DNA of 64,000 nt. Source: Escherichia coli (GTDB taxonomy: Bacteria; Pseudomonadota; Gammaproteobacteria; Enterobacterales; Enterobacteriaceae). A model generated the notes under the pieces. The model saw only the letters and a list, made by a program, of their open reading frames with translations, had not been told where the DNA came from and searched no databases. Below, piece after piece: positions 50,989-64,000 of this stretch. The DNA is taken from the NCBI RefSeq assembly GCF_044324875.1, contig NZ_CP172185.1; one strand, given 5' to 3'. Position 1 is the stretch's first letter. Each line of letters starts with the position of its first letter. The translations under genes and the position numbers were made by a program.

Positions 50989-52554
50989 ATGTCCAGAAAG
51001 AGAAAATCCAGGAGCACTATGGAAACCTGTTTTAAGATCCTTCAGCTCAAGTTCGACAAGAAGCTGACTAACCGTTGTATCGGACTGACGTTACACATCA
51101 GCGCCTCAACCGTTTTTGAGGTTCTTGCCCGCTTCAAAGCCTCTTCTCTGTCATGGCCATTACCTGCTGATATATCCCATGACACGCTGGAGAAACTCAT
51201 TTTTCCGCCCAAAGACACCTTTGCATCAGAGCTTGTAATGCCTGACATGTTGTACTTCGATACGGAAATGAGAAAACCAGGTGTGACGCGGCAACTGTTG
51301 TGGATGGAATACAAGGCACAGGCGGGTAACAAAGCGATGGGATACTCGCACTTCTGCCGTTGCTACCGGGAGTGGAAAAAAACGCGACGTCTCTCCATGC
51401 GCCAGGAGCATCGTGCCGGCGAAAAGCTTTTTATCGACTTCTGTGGTCCTACGGTTCCTGTTATTAATCCGGACACCGGTGAGATACGCCGCGTGGCAAT
51501 CTTCGTGGCCGTAATGGGGGCGTCCAACTATACCTACGTTGAAGCGTGCGAAGGTCAGGACATGATGTCATGGTTAAATGCCCACAGCCGTTGCCTGACC
51601 TTCCTGGGCGGCGTACCGAAGCTGCTCATCCCCGATAACCTCAGAAGCGCAGTGAAAAAGGCCGATCGATATGAGCCTGTCATCAACGACAGTTATCAGG
51701 CACTGGCTGAGCACTATGGCACGGTTATCATCCCGGCCCGACCACGCAAACCTAAAGATAAACCAAAAGCAGAAAACGGCGTCCTCATCGTTGAACGATG
51801 GCTTCTTGCCCGCATCCGTAATGAAACCTTCCACACGCTCAGGGCGCTGAATGCGCGCCTTAGGGAGTTACTGACAGACATGAATAACCGGCCAATGAAG
51901 GGGTACGGCAATCAAACCCGTGCAGAACGCTTCCGCATACTGGATGCGCCAGCACTCTCTCCGCTGCCTCTGGCACCTTATGAATACACGGAATACAAAG
52001 CTGTGAAGGTTGGCCCTGACTACCACGTTGAATATGCCCGTCACTGGTACTCCGTTCCACACGAACTGGTCGGTCAGCGTCTGTCACTGAAGGCGGGGCA
52101 GTCGGTGGTACAGCTCTGGCACAAGGGGCAGTGTGTGGCGCAACATCCGCGCAGCACACATGAATATAAACACACAACCAATCCGCTTCACATGCCAGAG
52201 CGCCACCGGCAGCACGGGACATGGACACCGGAACGCCTGATCGAGCAGGGAAAACGTACGGGCCCGTCCACAGGCCGGGTGGTTGAATCCATGCTGAAGG
52301 CAAAACCCCATCCGGAACTGGCTTATCGTGCAGTTCTGGGGCTGCTGGCACTTCAGAAAAAATACGGCCCGGAACGGCTGGAAAAGGCCTGTTACGTTGC
52401 CCTGCACTATAACGCCCCTGACAGACGCTTTATCGACAATCTGCTGCGTCACCATCGGGAGAACCTGGAGCTTCCATTATCCCGCCAGGGCGAACAACAT
52501 CCGGCATATGCTTCAGAGCATGAAAACCTGCGTGGTCCGGGCTACTACCACTGA
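50989..52554 (+). CDS. istA: IS21-family transposase IstA
   Basis: N-terminal HTH, DDE-type central region; start taken at MSRKRKSRS (ATG 50989). Confidence 0.85.
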   Translation: MSRKRKSRSTMETCFKILQLKFDKKLTNRCIGLTLHISASTVFEVLARFKASSLSWPLPADISHDTLEKLIFPPKDTFASELVMPDMLYFDTEMRKPGVTRQLLWMEYKAQAGNKAMGYSHFCRCYREWKKTRRLSMRQEHRAGEKLFIDFCGPTVPVINPDTGEIRRVAIFVAVMGASNYTYVEACEGQDMMSWLNAHSRCLTFLGGVPKLLIPDNLRSAVKKADRYEPVINDSYQALAEHYGTVIIPARPRKPKDKPKAENGVLIVERWLLARIRNETFHTLRALNARLRELLTDMNNRPMKGYGNQTRAERFRILDAPALSPLPLAPYEYTEYKAVKVGPDYHVEYARHWYSVPHELVGQRLSLKAGQSVVQLWHKGQCVAQHPRSTHEYKHTTNPLHMPERHRQHGTWTPERLIEQGKRTGPSTGRVVESMLKAKPHPELAYRAVLGLLALQKKYGPERLEKACYVALHYNAPDRRFIDNLLRHHRENLELPLSRQGEQHPAYASEHENLRGPGYYH

Positions 52555-52570
52555 CAGAAGGAACAACAGT

Positions 52571-53326
52571 ATGAGTGATAACCTGTTAAACAAACTGACC
52601 CAACTGAAACTCCCGGCGATGGCCGGGAGCCTGATACGGCAGCGGGAAACGCCTCAGACCTACGACGAACTGTCGTTCGAGGAAAGGCTGACGCTGCTGG
52701 TTGATGACGAGCTTCTGAGCAGGGAAAACAGCCGTGTGGCACGGTTGAGAAAAAATGCCGGCCTGAAATACCAGGCAACACCGGAAGGGCTGCGCTATCC
52801 GGCCTCAAGAGGTCTGCGGGCTGAACAGATGAGAGAACTGCTGAACGGCCACTACATAACCCACAGGAAAAACCTGCTGATAACCGGTCCGACAGGATGT
52901 GGCAAGAGCTGGATAGCCAATGCGCTGGGCGAACAGGCATGTCGACAGAAACACAGCGTCCGGTACTGTAGAACCGGGCGATTACTGGAACAACTGGCTC
53001 AGGGACGTGTTGATGGCAGCTGGCTGAAATATCTGAAACAGTTGCAAAAAATACAGGTTCTAATCCTGGACGATCTGGGGCTGGAACAGTTAAGTAACGC
53101 CCAGTGTAATGACCTTCTGGAGCTCATAGAGGATCGTTACGGACAAAGCAGCACGATAGTGGTAAGCCAGTTCCCGGTAGATAAATGGCATGGTCTGATG
53201 GAGAACCCAACAACAGCAGATGCCATCCTGGACAGACTGGTACATAACTCACACCGAGTGGTCCTTCAGGGAGAGTCACTGAGGAAAAATCCCCCGGTAG
53301 TGGAAAGCAGCGAAAAAACGCGTTAA
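52571..53326 (+). CDS. istB: IS21-family helper ATPase IstB
   Basis: Start MSDNLLNKLTQLKLP; Walker A GPTGCGKS, Walker B ILDDLG. Confidence 0.9.
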   Translation: MSDNLLNKLTQLKLPAMAGSLIRQRETPQTYDELSFEERLTLLVDDELLSRENSRVARLRKNAGLKYQATPEGLRYPASRGLRAEQMRELLNGHYITHRKNLLITGPTGCGKSWIANALGEQACRQKHSVRYCRTGRLLEQLAQGRVDGSWLKYLKQLQKIQVLILDDLGLEQLSNAQCNDLLELIEDRYGQSSTIVVSQFPVDKWHGLMENPTTADAILDRLVHNSHRVVLQGESLRKNPPVVESSEKTR

Positions 53327-53409
53327 AAAGCGGTAGAAAAAGTTAAGTTCCCGGTTGATCGAATGGATGCGAATCGCTGATCGGACTTCGATGCCAATCC
53401 GTGATCGAA

Positions 53410-54406
53410 TAGAGCGGAATACGCACACCTGAGCGGTTCGCGTGTACACCTCAAAGATATACGCCTTCGTTTCCGGCGTACGGTTGCCCCAGAAGCGGAA
53501 ACCGTTACGGCGAATGATGGTGGTGATTTCCTTGTTGTTGAGATTGTTGGCATCGCTGTCTTCGGACTGAAGGGACCAGAACACCGGGCTGGAAATACCC
53601 AGCACATTTCTTACCGGCACGTTGGACAGCGATTTATGCCAGCCCTGTTCGTGGTCAATACGTGCACGTAAACCGCAGGCGTACGCCGCAGCCGGGAAGA
53701 CCTCATTAGCGCCGGATTTCGGGTTATGGGCGATGAAGTCAGGCCAGAGCAGCATAAGTTCGCGCTCGTTAAATCTGGCGCGGTAGCTGATTGCATCAGC
53801 GGGCTTCTTGCAGTTGTGACAGCCCGCGTAGACAAATGCGCGAAGTTTTTCTGCAATTACACACAGGGATTTTGTGACAGCTTCAGTATCCAGTCCGGGC
53901 GCTGCGATGATGCGCGGACGGTAACCGATGGCATCATCCTGTTCAGCTATCAGAAGTGCATACATACCGGTATAATTACCGTCGCCATCCGTGCCACCAA
54001 TGACATACTGGTCCTGCGTTTTGTGTGGGTATACAGGATGTGCATCTTCAGACTCATCAATACCAAAAAATGCCCTGTCTTCAGGATCCAGATGACCGAA
54101 TGATGTAACTCCTGTATCCGGGGCGCCCTGAGAACTGGCATCAGGAACGCGCACCACAATCACCTTCGTGCTCACCTGGTCGGCGACAGCCTTAAGCGAT
54201 TTGTAAAGCGTCCCCTTTGTGCCGGCCTTACCCAGCACATCACTGACGCGGGTCAGCAGTGTGGGTTTGTTCAGCGGGAACAGAGTTTCATCCGCGTCAT
54301 CTGCCGTAGCCACAATACCAATAACACTGGAATCCACATCATTAATGGCGGTGGCAAGGCCGGTACTTTCCCTTACGCGCGCACCATGAAAGCGTGTTTC
54401 ACTCAT
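53410..54406 (-). pseudogene. tail sheath (FI) N-terminal fragment interrupted by IS
   Basis: Start MSETRFHGARV at ATG 54406; frame runs into IS right end where translation becomes IS-derived. Confidence 0.65.
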
Positions 54407-54490
54407 ATGTTTCACCCTTGTCTGGCTGGTTGATTTTGCGTAATCATTACCCACGATGCCGCCGGTATCATCTCCTGCCCGTTCTCACCG

Positions 54491-54506
54491 TTCGCTTACA
54501 ACAAAC
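54491..54506. promoter_or_regulatory. late-promoter-like motif TTCGCTTACAACAAAC upstream of D (same 16-mer as at 35128-35143)
   Basis: Exact 16-mer shared with the scaffold-gene promoter region. Confidence 0.3.
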
Positions 54507-54566
54507 AGCCGTTCACCACGGTCGCACGCCGTGAAAACATGACGGGACACACCACGAGGGCAGACC

Positions 54567-55658
54567 ATGACCGACCTGTTAATCAACGTTCCGTCACCGG
54601 ATATCGAAATCACCATCAACAACAACAGACTCCGTAACGTCACGGAGCGGCTCATGACGCTGTCACTGACCGACAACCGGGGCTTTGAGGCGGACCGCGT
54701 CACCCTGACCATTGACGACGCGGACGGGCAGCTTCAGCTGCCACAGCGCGGCGCACGCCTGAACGTGATGATTGGCTGGCGCGGGGAGGCGCTGGTTAAC
54801 AAGGGTGTCTACATCGTTGATGAAGTGACGTGGGAAGGCCCGCCGGACAAACTGACCATCACCGCCAGCAGCGCCGATTTTCGCGAAGAGTTCAACGTGA
54901 AGCGTGAAGTCTCCTGGCACGACGTGACGGTAAAACAGGTTGTGTCAGCCATCGCGCACCGCTACGGCCTGAAAGCACAGATAAGCGATATCCTCATGGA
55001 TATCGAAATTGACCACGCAGACCAGACCGAAGAGAGCGATATATCCTTCCTGACCCGCATGGCTGAAATGCTGGGTGCGATTGCCACCGTAAAAAACGGC
55101 AGCCTGTTATTCATTCTGCCGGGTGGCGGAACCGGGCCGGACGGAAAAGCCCTGCCTTCGTTCGCCATTACCCGCAGCAGCGGCGACAGTCACCGCTTTC
55201 GCATTGCTGACCGTGATGCGTATACGGGGGTCCGGGCGCACTGGCTCGATCTGAAGTTCGGGCAAAAGAAAAAAGTGAACGTGAAGCGACGCAGGGAAGC
55301 CGGGAAACAGAAACAGGAGAAGAGCAGCAGCCGGGAAGGTGATTACATGGAGGGCGCGGAAGGGAACGTCTACGTTCTGCGCAGGACTTACCAGAATGAA
55401 GAAACCGCACGACGTGCAGCAGCTGCAAAGTGGCAGGAACTACAGCGGGGCGCGGCATCATTCTCCATCACGCTGGCGCGCGGTCGTGCCGACCTGTACC
55501 CTGAAATGCACGGCAGGGTAACAGGTTTTAAAAGCGAGGTGGACAATCAGGACTGGATTATTGCCAGGGTGGAGCACAGCATAGATGAAAGCGGCTTCAC
55601 CACACAACTGGAGCTGGAAGCGAAAATCCCCGAATGGATAGCAGATTCAGGCGGATAA
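54567..55658 (+). CDS. late control/tail protein D
   Basis: 363-aa ORF directly upstream of ogr-like gene, as in P2. Confidence 0.85.
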   Translation: MTDLLINVPSPDIEITINNNRLRNVTERLMTLSLTDNRGFEADRVTLTIDDADGQLQLPQRGARLNVMIGWRGEALVNKGVYIVDEVTWEGPPDKLTITASSADFREEFNVKREVSWHDVTVKQVVSAIAHRYGLKAQISDILMDIEIDHADQTEESDISFLTRMAEMLGAIATVKNGSLLFILPGGGTGPDGKALPSFAITRSSGDSHRFRIADRDAYTGVRAHWLDLKFGQKKKVNVKRRREAGKQKQEKSSSREGDYMEGAEGNVYVLRRTYQNEETARRAAAAKWQELQRGAASFSITLARGRADLYPEMHGRVTGFKSEVDNQDWIIARVEHSIDESGFTTQLELEAKIPEWIADSGG

Positions 55659-55701
55659 AATTAAAATGAGCCATCTCCACTCAGCCAGATAAGGAGAAGC
55701 C

Positions 55702-55953
55702 ATGTTCCGTTGTCCCCTGTGCGGTGCATCCGCACGTATCCGCACCAGTCGCAATGAAAATGATTCAGGCACAGTTCGCCTGAAGTACTACCAGTGCAAT
55801 AACCTCGAATGCGGGATCGGCTTTACCACACTGGAGGGTTTTAACAAATTCACATCAAAACGCGCCCCGTCGCCGCAGGGTACAGAGCGGATACCGTGGG
55901 AAGATTTTCCGGGATCTCACAGGGGGAATGCTCAGATGAATCTTGATATTTAA
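55702..55953 (+). CDS. ogr: Ogr/Delta-family zinc-finger late transcription activator
   Basis: MFRCPLCG...YYQCNNLECG Cys4 arrangement; position after D. Confidence 0.8.
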   Translation: MFRCPLCGASARIRTSRNENDSGTVRLKYYQCNNLECGIGFTTLEGFNKFTSKRAPSPQGTERIPWEDFPGSHRGNAQMNLDI

Positions 55954-55965
55954 GAACAATAATCA

Positions 55966-56097
55966 GGTTGAGAGGACATCATAAGGCAAGTAGATTAACG
56001 GCAGATACTTTCCCGCAACCACGGGCAAGTATTTAATTATCCATGATGAAATATGACCTAAATTGTTTTTTGCCCGCCGGAAAGCGGGCATTTTTTT
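55966..56097 (+). repeat. repeat unit 1 (GGTTGAG...GTAGATTAAC...hairpin+T-run), candidate small RNA
   Basis: Shares 5' GGTTGAG, GTAGATTAAC core, TTATCCATGAT and terminal gcccgccNNNNNNgggc+T7 with units 2/3. Confidence 0.3.
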
Positions 56098-56311
56098 ATT
56101 CTTTTGTGGTTATGGGGTCATCAGGAACCACGTGCAGATTATATTTTTGTTTTTTTGGCGTTCCTCCGGCAGCAACGAGTTCATCAATAAGACACTGACA
56201 CGCCTGAACATCCCGGGCATGTCTTAGTTTCACCTTTATTGATTTAACCTTATCCTCACCGGAGGAGAAATGCAGTTCAATCTCAATATCGTTTCTTCGG
56301 AACAATCTCAT
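56096..56311 (-). CDS. hypothetical small protein, paralogous to C-terminal half of ORF 20215-20631
   Basis: 71-aa ORF with RBS AGGGGGG; similarity noted by eye. Confidence 0.5.
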   Translation of the reverse strand: MRLFRRNDIEIELHFSSGEDKVKSIKVKLRHARDVQACQCLIDELVAAGGTPKKQKYNLHVVPDDPITTKE

Positions 56312-56580
56312 ACGCCCCCCTGAATATATCAGAAATGCTAGTATCGAAAAATGAGAAAACAGTTAGACAGGAGAAACATATTAACACAAATCATTTATAC
56401 CTATAGATGAAATTATAATTTCATTCATGAATATGATAGATAACTATATTGTGAACAAAATGAAAAATGGCTAAATTAAAAATGGGCATGGAGGAATGCC
56501 TCGTAATCAGTAATACATGATCCATACTTCCTTGTTTTGCCCGCCGGAAAGCGGGCATTTTTTTGGCGGTTACCATCGCC

Positions 56581-56765
56581 TCACCTTCCTGGTTCACACA
56601 AAGCAACCCTGATTTTCCATGAAAACTTCAGGGTTGAGCCAAAAGCACAAAGACAGTAGATTAACCAAGGGTACCCGCCACCTGCCAACAGGAACGGTAT
56701 CCAGTACGTATTAATGACTGACAATTCACATTGCTGTTTTGCCCGCCAGAAGGTGGGCATTTTTT
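56581..56765 (+). repeat. repeat unit 2 (~203-bp period) ending in intrinsic terminator, candidate small RNA
   Basis: Near-identical to unit 3 with scattered substitutions; terminator stem 56740-56757 + T-run. Confidence 0.35.
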
Positions 56766-56783
56766 TGGCAGTTATCATGGACG

Positions 56784-56968
56784 CACCTTCATGACACATA
56801 TTAAGCAGACCTGATTTTTCCATGAAAAATTCATGGTTGAGACAAAAGCACAAAAACAGTAGATTAACCACGGGTGCCTGCCACCTGACAACAGGAAGGG
56901 GTGTCCATTATCCATGATATACAAACGAAAAGTCTTGTCTTTTGCCCGCCGTTGCGCGGGCTTTTTTT
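56784..56968 (+). repeat. repeat unit 3 ending in intrinsic terminator, candidate small RNA
   Basis: As unit 2; terminator stem 56943-56960 + T8 overlaps hicB stop. Confidence 0.35.
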
Positions 56969-57366
56969 TATCCAAGAACCCTGTCTGCAGCAACACGCGC
57001 CAGAAATCCAGAGCGGCTACCGTATTCAGGATGAGACTCAACGAACTGATCAATGCGACGAATAAGCAGAGATGGCAGGGTAACATTGATTTTTTCCGAT
57101 TTCCCCATCAGGCGGGACACATCCACCTCAACGAGCGCCCACACTGCATCACTGTATTCAGGATCTGATTGCCATTCATCAAGATTTGTAGCGACAGGGA
57201 TAGACTCACCAGATTCAACCAGTAATTCTACGTGTGCCTCAATGGCTTCACGGGCACTGTCTACCGCATCCTGAAAACTATCACCGCCAGAAAAACAGCC
57301 GGGCAGATCTGGGACGCGAACACCAAAAGATGAATCCCCCCGGTCAATAGCGATTGCATATAACAT
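56968..57366 (-). CDS. hicB: HicB-family antitoxin
   Basis: MLYAIAIDRGDSSFGVRVPDLPGCFSGGDSFQDAVDSAREAIEAH... typical HicB N-domain; C-terminal RHH-like tail. Confidence 0.8.
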   Translation of the reverse strand: MLYAIAIDRGDSSFGVRVPDLPGCFSGGDSFQDAVDSAREAIEAHVELLVESGESIPVATNLDEWQSDPEYSDAVWALVEVDVSRLMGKSEKINVTLPSLLIRRIDQFVESHPEYGSRSGFLARVAADRVLG

Positions 57367-57388
57367 TGAGACCTCCAGAAGGTGGGGC

Positions 57389-57568
57389 TTACAGCCCCGC
57401 CTGTTTCTTAATACTTTTTAAAGTTGGTAAAGGTATATCTTTTTGAGGGTGTTTTACCGTTACCAGCCCCTTCTTTGTCGGATGTTTGAATTGATGATGA
57501 CTCCCCTTAACCCTAACAAGATACCATCCATCCGCCTCTATCATTGCTATTGCACTTTTGCTATCCAT
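57389..57568 (-). CDS. hicA: HicA-family toxin (59 aa; absent from ORF track)
   Basis: Manual translation of minus strand: MDSKSAIAMIEADGWYLVRVKGSHHQFKHPTKKGLVTVKHPQKDIPLPTLKSIKKQAGL; 20 bp upstream of hicB. Confidence 0.75.
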   Translation of the reverse strand: MDSKSAIAMIEADGWYLVRVKGSHHQFKHPTKKGLVTVKHPQKDIPLPTLKSIKKQAGL

Positions 57569-57704
57569 CCCCCCGTACTCCGTCTTTCGTTGTTGGAGTT
57601 ATTATAACCCCAACAACTAGTCAAAGCAAGGGTTCGGAGTTATTAGAGTTATAGAATAATTGACTGCCTCCCCAAAACTGCGGCAAGAAAAAACCACTGA
57701 CCAC

Positions 57705-57722
57705 GGTCAATTTGTGGATCAT
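57705..57722. repeat. 18-bp repeat ggtcaatttgtggatcat inside prophage right arm
   Basis: 17/18 match to 20201-20218. Confidence 0.3.
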
Positions 57723-57760
57723 GAATTAATTTTTATTTATAAATCAATGCATTATACAAA

Positions 57761-57782
57761 GAAAAAAGGCCGCAGAGCGGCC
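57761..57782. repeat. attR core gaaaaaaggccgcagagcggcc (part of ihfA terminator hairpin)
   Basis: Identical to 20087-20108; followed by T-run, i.e. intact terminator after ihfA. Confidence 0.7.
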
Positions 57783-57799
57783 TTTTTAGTTAGATCAGA

Positions 57800-58099
57800 T
57801 TACTCGTCTTTGGGCGAAGCGTTTTCGACCCGGCTTTTTAACTTCTGCCCGGGTCTGAAGGTCACCACGCGCCGTGCTGTAATGGGAATATCCTCGCCCG
57901 TTTTCGGGTTACGTCCCGGGCGTTGATTCTTATCACGCAGATCGAAGTTACCAAAACCAGAGAGTTTCACCTGTTCGCCGTTTTCCAGAGCGCGACGGAT
58001 CTCTTCGAAAAACAGTTCAACCAGTTCTTTGGCATCCCGCTTGCTAAGCCCAAGCTTATCAAACAGATATTCTGACATTTCAGCTTTTGTAAGCGCCAT
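57800..58099 (-). CDS. ihfA: integration host factor alpha subunit
   Basis: 99-aa [57 protein letters not shown]... Confidence 0.95.
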
Positions 58100-58103
58100 A
58101 GGT

Positions 58104-60494
<2,391 letters not shown>

Positions 60495-60505
60495 CTATTC
60501 CTGCC

Positions 60506-61531
<1,026 letters not shown>

Positions 61532-61550
61532 TTAATTTTTTCAAAACGCG

Positions 61551-61580
61551 CATACAAAAAAAGCCTCCACTGGGAGGCTT
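61551..61580 (-). terminator. pheST attenuator terminator hairpin (aagcctcccagtggaggctt + T-run on minus strand)
   Basis: Seen in sequence between pheM leader and pheS. Confidence 0.6.
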
Positions 61581-61627
61581 TCAGGCGCTGTTTTCCGTTT
61601 CTCTTCTCACGCGCTAGCCTCCTGGAG

Positions 61628-61672
61628 TCAGGTGCTAAAGTAAAAAAAGAAGCGGAAAATAGCAGCATTCAT
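61628..61672 (-). CDS. pheM: pheST operon leader peptide (Phe-rich, 14 aa)
   Basis: Minus-strand ATG AAT GCT GCT ATT TTC CGC TTC TTT TTT TAC TTT AGC ACC TGA = [14 protein letters not shown]. Confidence 0.8.
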
Positions 61673-61794
61673 TGCTTGCGTTACCTTTTGGTACTTTTCA
61701 AAAGACCTTTATTGAAAAGGCTACGGCGATAAAAGTCAATGTTTTGATGGCGTTGAAACGAAAAGAGGGAGACTAGCTCCCTCTTTCAACTGGC

Positions 61795-62178
<384 letters not shown>

Positions 62179-62204
62179 TTAAAAAGTTAAAAAACGTTAA
62201 CGGC

Positions 62205-62426
<222 letters not shown>

Positions 62427-62498
62427 TTAATAAACGAAACAAAGGCGAACAAAGCCTGTGAAGCCCGAAGGCTCCACAGACAGTGCTACTTGAAGGCC

Positions 62499-63044
<546 letters not shown>

Positions 63045-64000
63045 TTATTCCTCCAATTGTTTAAGACTGCGGCTGCGAATCTCTTGTTGCAGCTTCTCGA
63101 TCACTTCATTTACGTCCATGCTTCCCAGGTCTTTACCACGGCGGGTGCGAACGGCAACTTTGCCTGATTCCACCTCTTTATCACCACAGACCAGCATATA
63201 CGGGACGCGACGCAAAGTGTGCTCGCGGATTTTAAAGCCAATCTTCTCATTTCTCAAGTCTGCTTTAACACGAATGCCCGCATTTGATAGTTTTTGCGTC
63301 AATTCGTTAACGTATTCAGACTGTGAATCGGTAATATTCATGATAACAACCTGAACCGGCGCAAGCCAGGTCGGGAAGAAACCAGCGAATTCTTCGGTCA
63401 GGATACCGATGAAACGTTCCATCGACCCCAGAATTGCGCGGTGAATCATAACCGGTACCTTACGCTCGTTGTCTTCGCCCACATAGGAGGCGCTCAGACG
63501 AGACGGCAAGGAGAAGTCCAGCTGTACTGTACCGCACTGCCATGCACGATCGAGGCAGTCATACAGGGTAAATTCAATTTTCGGACCGTAGAAAGCGCCT
63601 TCACCCAGTTGATATTCAAACGGGATGTTGTTTTCTTCCAGCGCAACCGCCAGGTCCGCCTCAGCACGATCCCACATTTCGTCGCTGCCAATACGTTTTT
63701 CAGGACGAGTGGAGAGTTTGACGACGATCTTCTCGAAGCCAAAAGTGCTGTACATATCATAGACTAAACGGATACATCCGTTAACTTCATCGCGAATTTG
63801 TTCTTCAGTACAGAAGATATGCGCGTCATCCTGGGTAAAACCACGTACACGCATCAGGCCATGCAGCGAACCTGACGGCTCGTTACGGTGGCAGCTACCA
63901 AACTCGGCCATACGCAGCGGCAAATCGCGATAAGACTTCAGCCCCTGGTTGAAAATTTGTACGTGACCCGGGCAGTTCATCGGCTTAATGCAGTATTCAC
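63045..64000 (-). CDS. thrS: threonine-tRNA ligase, 3' portion (gene continues past window end)
   Basis: C-terminal class II aaRS/anticodon-binding region; frame open to window edge. Confidence 0.9.
   Translation of the reverse strand, partial: EYCIKPMNCPGHVQIFNQGLKSYRDLPLRMAEFGSCHRNEPSGSLHGLMRVRGFTQDDAHIFCTEEQIRDEVNGCIRLVYDMYSTFGFEKIVVKLSTRPEKRIGSDEMWDRAEADLAVALEENNIPFEYQLGEGAFYGPKIEFTLYDCLDRAWQCGTVQLDFSLPSRLSASYVGEDNERKVPVMIHRAILGSMERFIGILTEEFAGFFPTWLAPVQVVIMNITDSQSEYVNELTQKLSNAGIRVKADLRNEKIGFKIREHTLRRVPYMLVCGDKEVESGKVAVRTRRGKDLGSMDVNEVIEKLQQEIRSRSLKQLEE

Larger units (their letters stand above)
50800..53412. mobile_element. IS21-family insertion sequence (istA/istB) inserted in tail sheath gene
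   Basis: IstA and IstB ORFs; multiple gatc...tttggcat repeats at left end and their reverse complements at right end; boundaries +/-10 bp. Confidence 0.75.
20109..57760. mobile_element. P2-family prophage (~37.7 kb) inserted at the ihfA terminator between btuC and ihfA
   Basis: Tyrosine integrase at left end, P2-like order of C/cox/early genes/gpA/portal/terminase/capsid/lysis/baseplate/tail/D/ogr; flanking 22-bp perfect direct repeats. Confidence 0.85.

Noticed and set aside
55966-56968. CRISPR array as an explanation for the tandem repeats
   Set aside because: Units are ~200 bp with intrinsic terminators, there are no short repeats alternating with unique spacers, and no cas genes are present.
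56581-56968. The ~31-aa peptide ORFs in repeat units 2 and 3 and the long minus-strand ORFs (56421-57086) across the repeats
   Set aside because: The peptide ORFs lack an RBS and differ by non-synonymous-type scattered changes; the minus-strand ORFs are repeat-derived translations through terminator hairpins.

Overview
The window is an Escherichia coli-type chromosomal segment (aroD 3' end, ydiF-ydiO-ydiP-ydiQRST-fadK, ppsA/ppsR, aroH, ydiE, selO, ydiV, nlpC, btuD-btuE-btuC, then ihfA-pheT-pheS-pheM-rplT-rpmI-infC-thrS) interrupted by a ~37.7 kb P2-family prophage (about 20109-57760). The prophage lies between btuC and ihfA and is flanked by a perfect 22-bp direct repeat that coincides with the ihfA terminator hairpin. 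It carries an integrase/C-repressor switch, an early replication region (gpA), a complete head/lysis/baseplate/tail-fibre set, and an ogr-like late activator. It looks defective or rearranged: an IS21-family element (istA/istB) splits the tail sheath gene, and the sheath-tube-E/E'-tape measure-U block is on the opposite strand to its neighbours. The most interesting candidates for an undescribed system are the accessory loci: (i) the island between gpA and the portal gene, where P2 carries tin/old, holding four uncharacterised genes, a RelE/ParE-like gene with an XRE-HTH partner, and one more orphan gene; (ii) the attR-proximal end with a HicAB module and three tandem ~200-bp units each ending in an intrinsic terminator; (iii) two paralogous small acidic proteins at opposite prophage ends; (iv) an opposite-strand membrane-hairpin gene in the early operon. 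All calls rest on reading the six-frame translations and the sequence by eye; no database search was run, so family assignments are from recall and phage gene letters are positional/P2-analogy calls.
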